DNA of 64,000 nt, from NCBI GenBank assembly GCA_963779815.1, contig CAVZZR010000001.1, forward strand, positions 594,588 through 658,587, read 5' to 3'. This document shows positions 43,515 to 54,418 of the stretch, in pieces; the stretch's first letter is position 1, and each line of letters begins with the position of its first letter. Both the position numbers and the translations under genes were made by a program. The notes beneath the pieces are model-generated. The model saw only the letters and a list, made by a program, of their open reading frames with translations, did not search any database and was not told the DNA's origin. This DNA comes from an uncultured Actinomycetes bacterium (lineage in GTDB: Bacteria; Actinomycetota; Thermoleophilia; Solirubrobacterales; 70-9).

Positions 43515-43919
43515 ATGAGAAGAACCGAGTCAGGTTGCGGCGCTTGCCGCCGTTGCCGCCGTCGTGCTCGCCCTCGGGGTCGCCGCCGTGACCGCCGCCG
43601 GGCCGGGGGAGGCGGTCAAGGTCAAGTCCGAAGTTACGCTCGGCGCCAGTCGGCTACCAGGGCAAGGTCAAGGCGAAGAACCGCAACTGCGTCGGCGAAC
43701 GGACCGTCGTCCTCAAGCAGAAGGGCAACGGCGTGCTCAGCCGCGGTCGACTCGAAGCCGAACGGCAACTGGCAGGCCGACCTCGAAGAACTGAACGAGA
43801 ACATCAAGATCCCGGCGATGGTCTTCGCCGAAGTCAAGCCCTCGACCCAGGCCACCGCGGGGCCGATCTACAGGTGCCTCGCCGCCGTCTCGAGGACGGT
43901 CGAAATCGCCGGCGGCTGA
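43515..43919 (+). CDS. Small secreted hypothetical protein, 2-3 frameshifts
   Basis: Signal peptide (VAALAAVAAVVLALGVAAVTAAG) then KVKSEVTLGASGYQGKVKAKNRNCVGERTVVLKQKGNGVL...NWQADLEELNENIKIPAMVFAEV across frames. Confidence 0.4.
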   Translation: MRRTESGCGACRRCRRRARPRGRRRDRRRAGGGGQGQVRSYARRQSATRARSRRRTATASANGPSSSSRRATACSAAVDSKPNGNWQADLEELNENIKIPAMVFAEVKPSTQATAGPIYRCLAAVSRTVEIAGG

Positions 43920-43924
43920 GGCTT

Positions 43925-45589
43925 CTCCTCATCGAGTCCGCGAGAACGGCTCCTCAGGGACCGTTGTCGCGGACTCGGTACAATCAGCGCCGCTTCTTGC
44001 AGGGTGCGGCGGCCGACCTTCAGCAGCGGCGCCGCGCCCTCGCGCAGGGCTTTGGCGCGGGTCTCGCCCTTGCCGTAGAGGATCTTCGCCGAGGCCTGCA
44101 CCGCCTCGCCGAGGGTGCGGTCGTAGGGGTGCCACCAGAAGTCGCGGGTGAGGCCCGGCTCCCAGGCGTTCATCTTGATGTTGACGCACTCGTAGAAGCC
44201 GAATTTGGAGTGCGAGCGGCCGAGGCCGGAGTCCTTGACCCCGCCCCAGGCGCACTGGCAGGCGCCGTGGCTGAAGGAGTGGTCGTTGATCCAGACCATC
44301 CCCGACTCGATCCGCCGGGCGATCCGCTCGCCCCGCTGGCGGTCCTTGGTCCAGACCGAGGCGCCGAGGCCGAACTCGGAGTCGTTGGCGAGGTCGATCG
44401 CCTCCTGCTCGGAGTCGACGACGACGATCGGCAGCACCGGGCCGAAGATCTCCTCGCGCATGATCCGCATCTCGTGGGTGACGCCGGTGAGGACGGTCGG
44501 GGCGATGAACTTGCCGCGGCAGGCCCGGCGACGTCGGTCGGGCCGCCGCAGAGCTTGGTCGCGCCGGAGGCGACCGCGTCCTCGATCAGCTCGACGACGA
44601 TCTCGTACTGGCCGTCGGAGGTCATCGGCCCGATCTCGGTCTCCCACTCGAGCGGGTCGCCGACCCGCAGCTTCTCGGCCTCGCGGGCGACGCCCTCGAC
44701 GAAGCGGTCGGCGACCTCGCGCATCACGTAGACGCGCTCGATCCCCGAGCAGGTCTGGCCGGCGTTGGCGAAGCCGCCCCAGACGGCGCCGGAGACGGCG
44801 TTGTCGAGGTCGGCGTCGGCGCAGACGATCATCGGATCCTTGCCGCCGAGCTCGAGGACCGAGCCCTTGAGCTCAGCGGCGCAGACCTCGCCGACCTTGC
44901 GGCCGACCTCGACCGAGCCGGTGAAGAAGACCTTGCCGACGCTGGAGCGGCAGAGCGCGTCGCCGACCGGCCGCCGCCGTGGACGACCCGGACCAGGCCC
45001 TCGGGCAGGCCGCCCTTCTCGAAGACCTGGCGGATCCGCTCGCCCAGCAGCGGCGTCAGGCTGGCCGGCTTCAGGACGACGCCGTTGCCGGCCATCAGCG
45101 CGATCGCGACCTCGCCGAAGGGGATCGACCAGGGGTAGTTCCAGGGGGCGATCACGCCGACCACGCCGATCGGCTCGTAGGAGAAGTGGCCTTTCTTGGA
45201 GAGCGTGAAGGCCTGCGCTCATCGGCACCTTCTCGTCGGCGAGGATCTTCGGGCCCGGCCTTCGCGCACCAGTGCAGCGCGTCGACGGTCGGCAGCAGCT
45301 CCATCGTGTAGGCCTCGGCGCGCGGCTTGCCCTGCTCGCTGGCCAGCAGCTCGGCGATCTCGTCGATGTCGTCGAGCAGCGCGTCGGCGGCGCCGCGCAT
45401 GTAGGCGGCCCGCGTCTTCGCCGGCAGCTCCGCCCAGGCGGGCTGGATCCGGGCGACGTCGTCGACCACGCCCTGCACCTGCTCCGGCGTGATCGTCGGC
45501 ACCGAGCCGACCAGCTCGCCGGTCGCCGGGTTGAACGACTCCAGGGTCGAGGTGGACGGGGCCGTCTGAACTGCCGTTGCGCTCTCCAT
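43925..45589 (-). CDS. Aldehyde dehydrogenase family protein with C-terminal extension, about 3 frameshifts; 3' boundary uncertain
   Basis: VIAPWNYPW, GGKDPMIV catalytic Cys region (ELGGK...ANAGQTCSGIERVYV), EEIFGPVLP. Confidence 0.7.
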
Positions 45590-45649
45590 ATTGGGCGATT
45601 GTACGGCCCTGAGGGGGGAGAGTTTGCGCCTTCTCGGCCCTCAGGTGGG

Positions 45650-46245
45650 GGTGGTCGCTACCCCACGAGAGGTGCTGGATGAACTTGCACCAGGTATCCG
45701 CGTTCGCTATCTCCGCAGCGAGCCGCCGCCGCCGTATACCTATGCGATCACCGTTGAGGCCGAGGAGAGTGGTGTTTGGCAGACGGTGCGGCTATGGGAC
45801 AACGCCGACGACGTGAATCAACATCACATACATACATACATATACGCAGCAGGAGGGGAAGCAGAGTCCAAGGATTCTGGATTTCAACTCGGTCAACGAA
45901 GCAATGGCCGCCGCGAAAAAAGAAGCGGAGGAGGGATGGGAGCAGATCGTGAGACAATGGCTGCAGTCATGAATCGCAGAGGGGACAACGAGACGGCGTC
46001 CAGGCGAATGGATGTGTTGCTCACCTCTCCGGAACTCGATACCTACCCCAGCCCCATGCATTTGATCGCCGCCGATAATCCTCGGCACGATGAGATGGCG
46101 ACGAGGGCTCTGCTTGACGGAGATTCTGTCCTGATCGTGTACCCCGACGGACACGAGCTGCTGATCCAGCCTGAGTCGTGCGGCGGCGCCCGCGTTGAAA
46201 CGCGGCATCCGGCGGCTCAGTCCGTCGCCGCTTATCCTTTACGGC
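45650..46245 (+). other. Low-GC (about 57%) island of unknown function with an (ACAT)4 microsatellite and an open reading frame lacking homology I can recognise
   Basis: Compositional drop versus about 72% flanks; acatacatacatacata at about 45826-45842; frame 0 open across the whole island. Confidence 0.4.
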
Positions 46246-46249
46246 CACA

Positions 46250-47595
46250 GTGGCCGAGCAGCTCTTCGATACCGGCGACACCTCGGCTTCGGAACCGCAA
46301 GCCGTTCCCGCCGACGCGCCGCTGGCGGTGCGGATGCGGCCGCGCTCGCTGGACGAGGTGGTCGGGCAGGAGCACGTGCTCGGGGAGGGGTCGGCGCTGC
46401 GGAGCGGCGATCGAAGCCGGCAGGCCGCACAGCGCGATCCTCTACGGGCCGCCGGGGGCGGGGAAGACGACGCTGGCGCGGATCGCGGCGGCGGGGGCGC
46501 GAGGGCGCCTTCGAGGAGGAGTCGGCGGTCAACGCGGGCAAGGCCGAGATCCGCGGCGTGATCGAGCGGGCGCGGGAGCGGCGGCGGGCCAGCGGGCGGC
46601 CGACGATCCTCTTCCTCGACGAGATCCACCGCTTCAACAAGGCCCAGCAGGACGCGCTGCTGCCGGCGGTCGAGGACGGGACGCTGACGCTGATCGGGGC
46701 GACCACCGAGAACCCCTACTTCGAGGTCAACTCGGCGCTGCTCTCGCGCGCCCAGGTCTACGAGCTGCGGCCGCTGGAGCCGGCGCAGGTGGAGGAGCTG
46801 CTGCGGCGGGCGCTGGCCGACCCCGAGCGCGGGATCGCCGACGCCGCCGCCGGTCGACCGACGCGGCGCTGGCGATGCTGGCCGAGCGCAGCGGCGGCGA
46901 CGCCCGGGTCGCGCTCTCGGCGCTCGGAGCGGGCGGTCGAGCGCGCGGGCGGGGCAAGCGGCGCGGTCGACGTCGCCGCGATCGAGGACGCGCTGCAGCG
47001 CAAGGCGATCGACTACGACCGCCAGGGCGACCGCCACTACGACTTCGTCTCGGCCTGGATCAAGGCGACCCGCGGCTCCGACGTCGACGCCTCGCTCTAC
47101 TACCTGGCGGTGATGCTGGAGGGCGGCGAGGACCCGCGCTTCATCGCCCGCCGGATGGTCATCCTCGCCTCCGAGGACATCGGCAACGCCGACCCGCAGG
47201 CGCTGCTCGTCGCCGACGCCGCCGCCCGCGCCGTCGACCGCGTCGGCCTGCCCGAGTGCGCGCTCAACCTCGCCCAGGCGACCGTCTACCTGGCCCTGGC
47301 GCCGAAGTCGAACGCCTCCTACAAGGCGCTCGCCGCCGCCCGCGCCGAGGTCCGCGCCAACGGCGCCAAGACGCCGCCCGACTACCTGCGCGACGCCCAC
47401 TACCCCGGCGCCGCCGAGCTCGGCCGCGGCAGCGGCTACCGCTACGCCGCACGACGAGCCGGGCGGCGTCGCCGACCAGCAGCTGCTGCCCGAGGGGCTC
47501 GCCGGGCGCCGCTTCTACGAGCCGACCGACCGCGGCTTCGAGGCCGAGCTGGGCGCCGGCTGGCGGAGCTGCGCCGGCGCCTCGGCAAGTCGTGA
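46250..47595 (+). CDS. rarA: Replication-associated recombination protein A (AAA+ ATPase RarA/MgsA), about 4 frameshifts
   Basis: [21 protein letters not shown], Walker [52 protein letters not shown]-terminal MgsA domain [18 protein letters not shown]. Confidence 0.75.
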
Positions 47596-47800
47596 ACGGC
47601 GGCGCAACTTCACCGGTAAGGGCGTGTTTCTAGGGTCGGCTTTCCAAGCTAGAGCCAGGGAGAGCCGACAACTCCGGCCGGGGGCCTGGACTGGGGGCTC
47701 CGGCCGGGCCGTTGAAACAGGGGGGAGAGGGCGTCGAGTGGACTGGGCTCGGCGCCCTCTTGCTTCGGCGCCGGCTGGCGGACCGCGTATCGCTTATCGT

Positions 47801-48640
47801 ATGGGCGCATGGCCGCCGATCGAGCCGCAGCAGCTGCGGCTCGGCGGCATGGCGCTGCGCAACGGGCTGCTGATCCACGGGCCGACCCACTGGGCGGCCG
47901 CGGTCCGCGCCGCGACGGCGGGATCGAGGTCGCCTCCGAGCGCAAGCCGGAGCTGGCGCCGGGCCTGGTCGCCGACAGCGCCCGGCCTGCGCGGGCCGGT
48001 GAAACTGGCCGAGGCGATGGCGGTGCTGCCGCTGGCGCGGCGGCGGCTGCCGGCGGCGCGGCTGCCGTTCGAGGACCGGCGGGTGCTCGCCGCGGTCGGC
48101 GCGACGCTGGCGCGACCGCGCTGCTGCGCCGCGCGCCTGCGCCACCGGCCGCTGCGCGAGGGCGTGGTGCAGGCGGTCGGCGCGGTGCCGGCGCTGGTCG
48201 CGCTGATCGGACCGCGACCTCGCCGCCTACCACGGCGTCGAGCACAAGGCGATCGCCGCCTACGAGCAGGGGCATCGACGACGTCGCCGGGGTGCCGAAA
48301 GAGCACGACCGCTGCGGCTCCAACCTGATCGTGCCGATGATGCTGCTCTCGGCCGGCGGCACGGTCCTGCTCGAGCGCCTGGTCGAGGAGCCCGAGCCCG
48401 CCGCCCGCGCCGGCGTCGGCCTCGGCGGCGCCTCGCTCGCGGTCGAGATGTTCGCCTGGTGCGACCGCCACCACGGCGAGCCGCTGGCCGAGGCCTTCCA
48501 CGCCCCGGGCCGCGAGATCCAGCGCCACTGGGCGACCAAGGAGCCGACGCCCGAGCAGCTCGAGGTCGGCGGTGGCGGCGATGGCGGAGATCCTCCGCGT
48601 CGAGCGGCGGCGAGGACCGCAGCCGGCCGCATAGACTGCG
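47801..48640 (+). CDS. DUF1385 family protein, about 3 frameshifts
   Basis: MALRNGLLIHGPTHWAAAVR and YHGVEHKAIAAYEQG...KEHDRCGSNLIVPMMLL motifs. Confidence 0.55.
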
Positions 48641-48645
48641 CGGCC

Positions 48646-49056
48646 GTGTTCGGAAGGATCGACCACATCGGAGTCGCCGTCGAGGACATCGACGCCGCGA
48701 TCGAGCTCTACGAGAGAGCTTCGAGATGGAGCTCGCCCACCGCGAGACGGTCGAGTCGCAGGGGGTCGAGGCGGTCCTGCTCGACGTCGGCGACGGCCAC
48801 GTCGAGCTGCTGGCGCCGCTCGGCCCCGAGACGCCGGTCGGCAAGTTCATGGCCAAGAACGGCGCCCGGCCTGCACCACGTCGCCTACGCGGTCGAGGAC
48901 ATCGACGCCGCCCTGGAGCGGCTCGCCGCCGCCGGGATCAAGCTGATCGACGCCGAGCCGCGGATCGGGATCCGCGACAGCCGCGTCGCCTTCCTTCACC
49001 CCCGCTCGACCGGCGGGGTGCTGACCGAGATCGTCGAACCCGCGGGAGGGCACTGA
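48646..49056 (+). CDS. Methylmalonyl-CoA epimerase (VOC/glyoxalase family), about 2 frameshifts
   Basis: FGRIDHIGVAVEDIDAAIELYE ... PGLHHVAYAVEDIDAALERLAAAGIKLIDAEPRIGIRDSRVAFLHP. Confidence 0.7.
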   Translation: MFGRIDHIGVAVEDIDAAIELYERASRWSSPTARRSSRRGSRRSCSTSATATSSCWRRSAPRRRSASSWPRTAPGLHHVAYAVEDIDAALERLAAAGIKLIDAEPRIGIRDSRVAFLHPRSTGGVLTEIVEPAGGH

Positions 49057-49272
49057 TGGCAGATGCGCAGCGAGTCGAGATCGGCTTCGAGGGCGGCCAG
49101 GTGGTCTCCGCCCGGCTCGCCGAGGACGGACCTCAAGGACCTGCGCAAGCAGCTCGAGAAGGGCGGCTGGCACGACCTCCACACCGAGGACGGGACGATC
49201 GCCGCTCTACCTCGGCAAGGTCGCCTTCCTGCGCATCGAGTCCGGCGAGCACCGGGTCGGCTTCGGCGGCTG
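49056..49272 (+). CDS. Small hypothetical protein (about 72 aa), 2 frameshifts
   Basis: MADAQRVEIGFEGGQVVSARL...DLKDLRKQLEKGGWHDLHTEDGTIA...LYLGKVAFLRIESGEHRVGFGG* reconstructed; ATG overlaps the mce stop. Confidence 0.35.
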
Positions 49273-49279
49273 AGGCGGC

Positions 49280-49904
49280 TCCGGTGAGCGCGCGGCACCT
49301 GCTCGGGGCGGCTCGCCGCGGCGACCGCTGGCGGCGGCGCTCTGGTGGCGCAGGAACCCCTCCGCCTGCCCCTACGGCCAGCGCTTCTGGGTGCGAAGCC
49401 CCGCACCCGATCATCACCCGCGAGCGCCTGCGCTCGGTGCTGCGGCCGCAGCCGGGCGAGCGCCTGCTCGAGATCGGCCTCGGCACCGGTTACTACAGCC
49501 TCGAGCTGGCCGAATGGGTGGCGCCGGAGGGGACGCTCGAGCTCTTCGACCTGCAGCAGGAGTTCCTCGACCACGTGATCGGCAAGGCGGCCGAGCGCAG
49601 CCTGGCGAACCTGGTGCCGACCCAGGGCGACGCGACCAACGCTCCCCTACGAGGACGCCTCCGTCGACGCCGTGGTCCTCATCGCCGTGCTGGGCGAGAT
49701 CCCCGACACCGCCGCGGCCCTGCGGGAGATCCGCCGGGTGCTGAAGCCCGAGCGGCCGCCTCGTCGTCGGCGAGCTCTTCGGCGACCCCCACTTCACGAC
49801 CCGGGCCGGCCTCGAGCGGACGGGGGCGGAGGTCCGGACTCCGCCTCGAGGAGACCTCGGGCAACTGGTTCGGCTTCTTCGCCCGGCTAGCGCCGCAGGC
49901 GTAG
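49280..49904 (+). CDS. Class I SAM-dependent methyltransferase, 1-2 frameshifts
   Basis: Motif I LLEIGLGTGYYSLELA, motif post-I LELFDLQQEFL, ASVDAVVLIAVLGEIPD, RVLKPGGRLVV. Confidence 0.65.
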
Positions 49905-49929
49905 GCGGTCGTAGCGCAGCGCCGTCCGC

Positions 49930-50431
49930 GCGGCGTTGCCGCCGCGGTCGGAGTACTCCTGCTCGTCCGGTCAGCCGGTCCAGATCCTGGCCGGCCATCG
50001 CCTTGGCCAGGAGGCCGTGCAGCTGCGCTCGCTCGGCCTGGCTGAGGTTGCCGAGCACCTCCTCCTCGAGCGTCCTCCAGCTTGCGCCTCGGCCTTCTCC
50101 AGCGCCGCGAGCCCGGCGGGGGTGATCTCGACGATGTGGCGGCGGCGGTCGCGGGGTCGCGGCGGCGCTCGACGTAGCCGTGCTCGTCGAGCTCGTTGAG
50201 CAGGAGCACGCAGTTGTTGGGGTCGAGCATCAGCGTCTGGCCGAGCGCCTGCTGCAGGCAGCCTCTCGGTGTCGCGCAGGTAGTTCGAGCGCGATCAGCT
50301 GCTTCAGCCGCATCCCGAGCACGTCCTCGGTGGCGCGGCGGTAGACGACGCGGGAGAGCTGGGATCAGAAGCCCGATCGAGCCGGTTGCGGTTGCCGGGT
50401 TCATCGCTGGATCTCCGAGCATATCGGTCAT
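49930..50431 (-). CDS. MarR family transcriptional regulator, about 2 frameshifts; boundaries approximate
   Basis: wHTH LGQTLMLDPNNCVLLLNELDEHGYVERRRDP; divergent from the MFS transporter. Confidence 0.6.
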
Positions 50432-50498
50432 TTGTTAATCGATCTTAACTTCAACGAAGGATAGTCATTGCTACAGTGATCGATCCCATGTCAGCTAC

Positions 50499-52016
50499 AT
50501 GAATCCGAGCCTGACCAACCAGTCCGTCCACCTCCGACCGATCCCGCTGGATCGCCCTCGTCGTCCTCTGCGTCGGGATGCTGATGATCGTCCTCGACGC
50601 CACCATCGTCAACGTCGCCCTGCCCTCGATCCAGGACGACCTCGGCTTCTCGCAGTCGAGCCTCGCCTGGGTCGTCAACGCCTACCTGATCGCCTTCGGC
50701 GGCCTGCTGCTGCTCGCCGGACGCCTCGGCGACCTGCTCGGCCGCCGCGACGTCTTCCTCGCCGGCCTCGCCCTCTTCACCGCTCGCCTCGCTCGCCTGC
50801 GGCCTCGCCCAGAGCCAGGAGATGCTGGTCGTCGCCCGCTTCGTCCAGGGCGTCGGCGGCGCCCTCACCTCCGCCGTGATCCTGGGGATGATCGTCACCA
50901 TGTTCCCGGAGCCCGGGCGAGCAGGCGAAGGCGATCGGCGTCTACAGCTTCGTCGCCTCCGCCGGCGGCTCGATCGGCCTCCTGGCCGGCGGCGCCATCA
51001 CCGAGGCGATCAACTGGCACTGGATCTTCTTCGTCAACCTGCCGATCGCGTCGCTCACCGGCGTCCTGGCGCTGCGCGCTGCTGCGGCGCGACCGCGGCC
51101 TCGGCTTCGGCCAGGGCGCCGACGTGCCCGGCGCGCTGTTGATCGTCGCCGCCCTGATGCTCGGCGTCTACACGATCGTCGAGGCCACCGACTACGGCTG
51201 GGGCTCGGCCCACACGCTCGGCTTCGGCGCCGGCTGCGCTGGCCCTGCTCGCCGGCTTCGTCGTCCGCGAGGCGCGGGCCGCGCAACCCGCTGGTGCCGC
51301 TGCGGATCTTCCGCTCGCGCAACCTCCCGGCGCCAACGTGATCCAGGCGCTGATGGTCGCCGGGATGTTCGGGATGTTCTTCCTCGGCGCCCTCTACCTG
51401 CAGCGCGTGCTCGGCTTCGACTCGCTCGAGGTCGGCCTCGCCTTCCTGCCGGTGACCGGGCTCATCGGCATGCTCTCGCTCGGCTTCTCGGCGAAACTGA
51501 ACCTGCGCTTCGGGCCGCGGGCGACGCTGCTGCCGGGCCTGGTCCTGGTCGGCGCTCGGCCTGCTCTACTTCTCGCGGATCTCGCGCCGACGGCAGCTAC
51601 TGGACCGAAGTGCTGCCGGCGATGGTCCTGATCGGCGACCGGCGCCGGCCTCTCCTTCCCCTCGCTGATGAGCCTGGCGATGGGCGGGGTCGCGCCGCGA
51701 GGAGGCGGGCCTCGCCTCCGGCCTGGTCAACACCAGCCTCCAGGTCGGCGGCGCCCTCGGCCTCGCCGTGCTGGCGACGCTGTCGACCAACCGCACCAGC
51801 GACCTGCTGGCCGGCGGCGACGCGCAACGCGGCGGCGCTGACCAGCGGCTACCAGCTCGCCTTCCTGGTCGCCGCCGGGCTTGTCGCCCTCGCCGTGCGG
51901 TCGCCGCGCTGGTCCTCGAGCCGCTGCGCCGCCGGCCGGCGCCGGCCGGCGAGCCGAGCGACCGAGGCCGAGCTCGGCGAGCTGCCGAGCCCGCCTTCTC
52001 CTCCGAGGCGGTCTGA
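50499..52016 (+). CDS. MFS transporter, DHA2 (14-TM drug:H+ antiporter) family, about 5 frameshifts
   Basis: MLMIVLDATIVNVALPSIQDDLGFSQSSLAWVVNAYLIAFGGLLLLAGRLGDLLGRR signature and downstream TM segments across frames. Confidence 0.7.
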
Positions 52017-52163
52017 GCGAGAGCCCGGGGCGCCGGCGCTCCGGCGCCCCCGGGTCGGAGGGCGTCCCCGAACTTGAGGGGTTGGCCGCTCTGGCCCTCG
52101 GCCACCGCTTAGGTAGGTTCGTTTGATCAGCACTCCAAACGGGCATCGTCGCTGGGAACGACG

Positions 52164-52620
52164 ATGGCTGGGAGTGGGGAGAGGCACACAGGGTCTGCCT
52201 GCGCCTGGCCTATCGCTACGCGAGCAATCCGAGCGAGGCCGAGGACATCGCCCAGGACGCCTTGCTCCGCGCCTGGCGCCGGCGCTCGACGCTGCGCGAC
52301 GGCGAGCGGCGCAACCAGTGGCTGGCGACGATCGTCCGCAACGAGGCCTTCCGCCAGCACGCCCGGCCGCGGCCCGACCCGACAGCGGCGATCGAGGCTC
52401 TCGAGGGGGCCGAGGACGAGCAGGTCCTGGCGACGGTCGAGCTCGCCGACCTGCACGCGGCGCTGAAGCGGCTCGACCGGCGCGAGCGCGAGCTGCTGGC
52501 GATGCGCTACCAGAGGACCTGACCCAGGCGAGATCGCCCGCCAGCTCGGCATCCCGGAGGGGACCGTGAAGGTGCGGCTGCACCGCGCCCGCGCAACCTG
52601 CGCCGAGCTACGCGCCGCAG
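52164..52620 (+). CDS. ECF-family sigma-70 factor, at least 2 frameshifts; end uncertain
   Basis: Region 2 LRLAYRYASNPSEAEDIAQDALLRAWRR; region 4 LTQGEIARQLGIPEGTVKVRLHRAR. Confidence 0.6.
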
Positions 52621-52710
52621 TAGGCCTGTACACGGGGGCGAGCGCGCTGGCGGGAAGTTCGGACCGCTGGATAACGACGCGCGGCCGGCGCCCGCGGCCA
52701 CTATTGGGTA

Positions 52711-53485
52711 ATGAAGACTGTGCACCGCGGCAGATCGTCGCCTTCGGCGGCGGCGGCTTCTCGATGGAGTCGGGCAACCCGCTGCTCGACGACTACGTGC
52801 TCGGCGCTGACCGGCGCCGAGCGGCCGCGGGTCTGCTTCCTGCCCTCGGCCAGCGGCGACGCCGACCACTACATCGTCCGCTTCTACCGCGCCTTCTCCG
52901 CCCACCGCTGCGAGGCCAGCCACATCTCCCTCTTCCGCCGCGAGCAGGGGCCCGAGGACCTCCGCCGCCACCTCCTCTCCCAGGACCTGATCTACGTCGG
53001 CGGCGGCAGCGTGATCAGCCTGCTCGGCGTCTGGCGGGCGCACGGGATCGACTCGATCCTGCGCGAAGCCTGGGAAGCGGGGGTGATCCTCTGCGGGCTC
53101 TCGGCCGGCTCGCTGTGCTGGTTCGCCGAGGCGGTGACCGGCTTCCACGGCGCGCCGAAACGGCTCGAGGGCCTCGGCCTGCTGCCGTTCAGCAACTGCG
53201 TCCACTACGAGCGCGGCTCCAAGCGCCGCGACTCCTACCACCGCTTCCTGCGCGAGGGGATGCGGCCGGCGGCTACGCGGCCGAGGACGGCGCCGCCCTG
53301 CACTTCACCGGCGAGGAACTGAGCCGGGTCGATCTCCTCCCGCCCGCAGGCGCGCGGCTACCGCCTCGACGTCTCCGGCGCAGCGCGTGGTCGAGATGCG
53401 GATCGCGACCACCTACCTCGGCGAGCGCGGGGTCGTCCCGGCGGCCCCGCTGCCCGAGGCGCTCTCCACCGCGGTCGCCGCCTGA
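52711..53485 (+). CDS. Peptidase S51 (dipeptidase E / cyanophycinase-like) family protein, copy 1, 2-3 frameshifts
   Basis: RQIVAFGGGGF, LSQDLIYVGGGSVISLL, CGLSAGSLCWFE, HYERGSKRRDSY. Confidence 0.65.
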
Positions 53486-54290
53486 TGGGGCACCGGGTCC
53501 CGACGGGGGTGCGGGCGGGACCGCGCCCGCGCCGGACCGCGGTGCGCCGCATCCTCGCCCTCGGCGGCCACGACTTCACCTCGCGCCCGCCTGACCGCGC
53601 GGTCTGCGAGCTGCTGCTGCGGCTGGCCGGCGAACGCGGCGGCGAGCGGCCGCGGATCTGCATCCTGCCGACCGCCAGCGGCGACACCTCCGAGCAGATC
53701 GGCCGCTTCTACGCCGCCTTCGGCGAGCGCTCCTGCGAGCCCTCCGACGTCTCGCTCTTCCGGCTCGGCCGGCGGCCGATGGCGCTGCGCGACCACCTCC
53801 TCTCCCAGGACCTGATCTACGTCGGCGGCGGCAGCCTGGTCAACCTGCTGGCGGTCTGGGAGGCGCACGACATCGCCTCGATCCTCAGCCTCGCCTGGCG
53901 GCAGGGCATCGTCCTCGCCGGCCAGAGCGCCGGCGCGATGTGCTGGTTCGAGGCCGGGATCACCAAGTCCTCGGGCAAGCCGCTGGCGGCGGCCGGGCTC
54001 GGCCTGCTCTCCGGCAGCCTCTGCGTCCACTACAACAACGAGCCCGAGCGCCGCGCCGCCTACCTCGAGGCGGTCGGCGAGGGGATGCCCGAGCGGCTAC
54101 GGCCTCGACGACTACGCCGGCCTGCTCTGGGAGGGAGAGGGACGCCCCTCGGCGGTGACCGCCCGCCGCGGCGCCCGCGCCTACCGCGTCAGCCAGCAGC
54201 GCAGGCGGCGTCGCCGAGTCGCCGCTTGCCGGCCCGCTTCCTGCCGGCCCCGGCTCCCGCCGCGCTGCGCGAGGACATCGCCGAGTTCCG
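53485..54290 (+). CDS. Peptidase S51 family protein, copy 2 (tandem paralog), at least 1 frameshift; 3' end approximate
   Basis: RRILALGGHDF, LSQDLIYVGGGSLVNLL, AGQSAGAMCWFE, HYNNEPERRAAY; ATG overlaps the stop of copy 1 (ATGA). Confidence 0.65.
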
Positions 54291-54418
54291 CCGGATCAAG
54301 ACGATGCGCAAAACGAGCCGGCTGGCTCGGCTGAAGTCACAAAGCTTCCTCAACCCCGCCTCCGAACATTTGCTTTTGTGCGCGAGCTGTTGCAACTTTT
54401 CGTCTACAGTCTGTCATC

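Noticed and set aside
45826-45842. The (ACAT)4 microsatellite considered as a CRISPR or other array
   Set aside because: There are only four 4-nt units with no spacer structure and no cas genes. It is a simple microsatellite inside the low-GC island.
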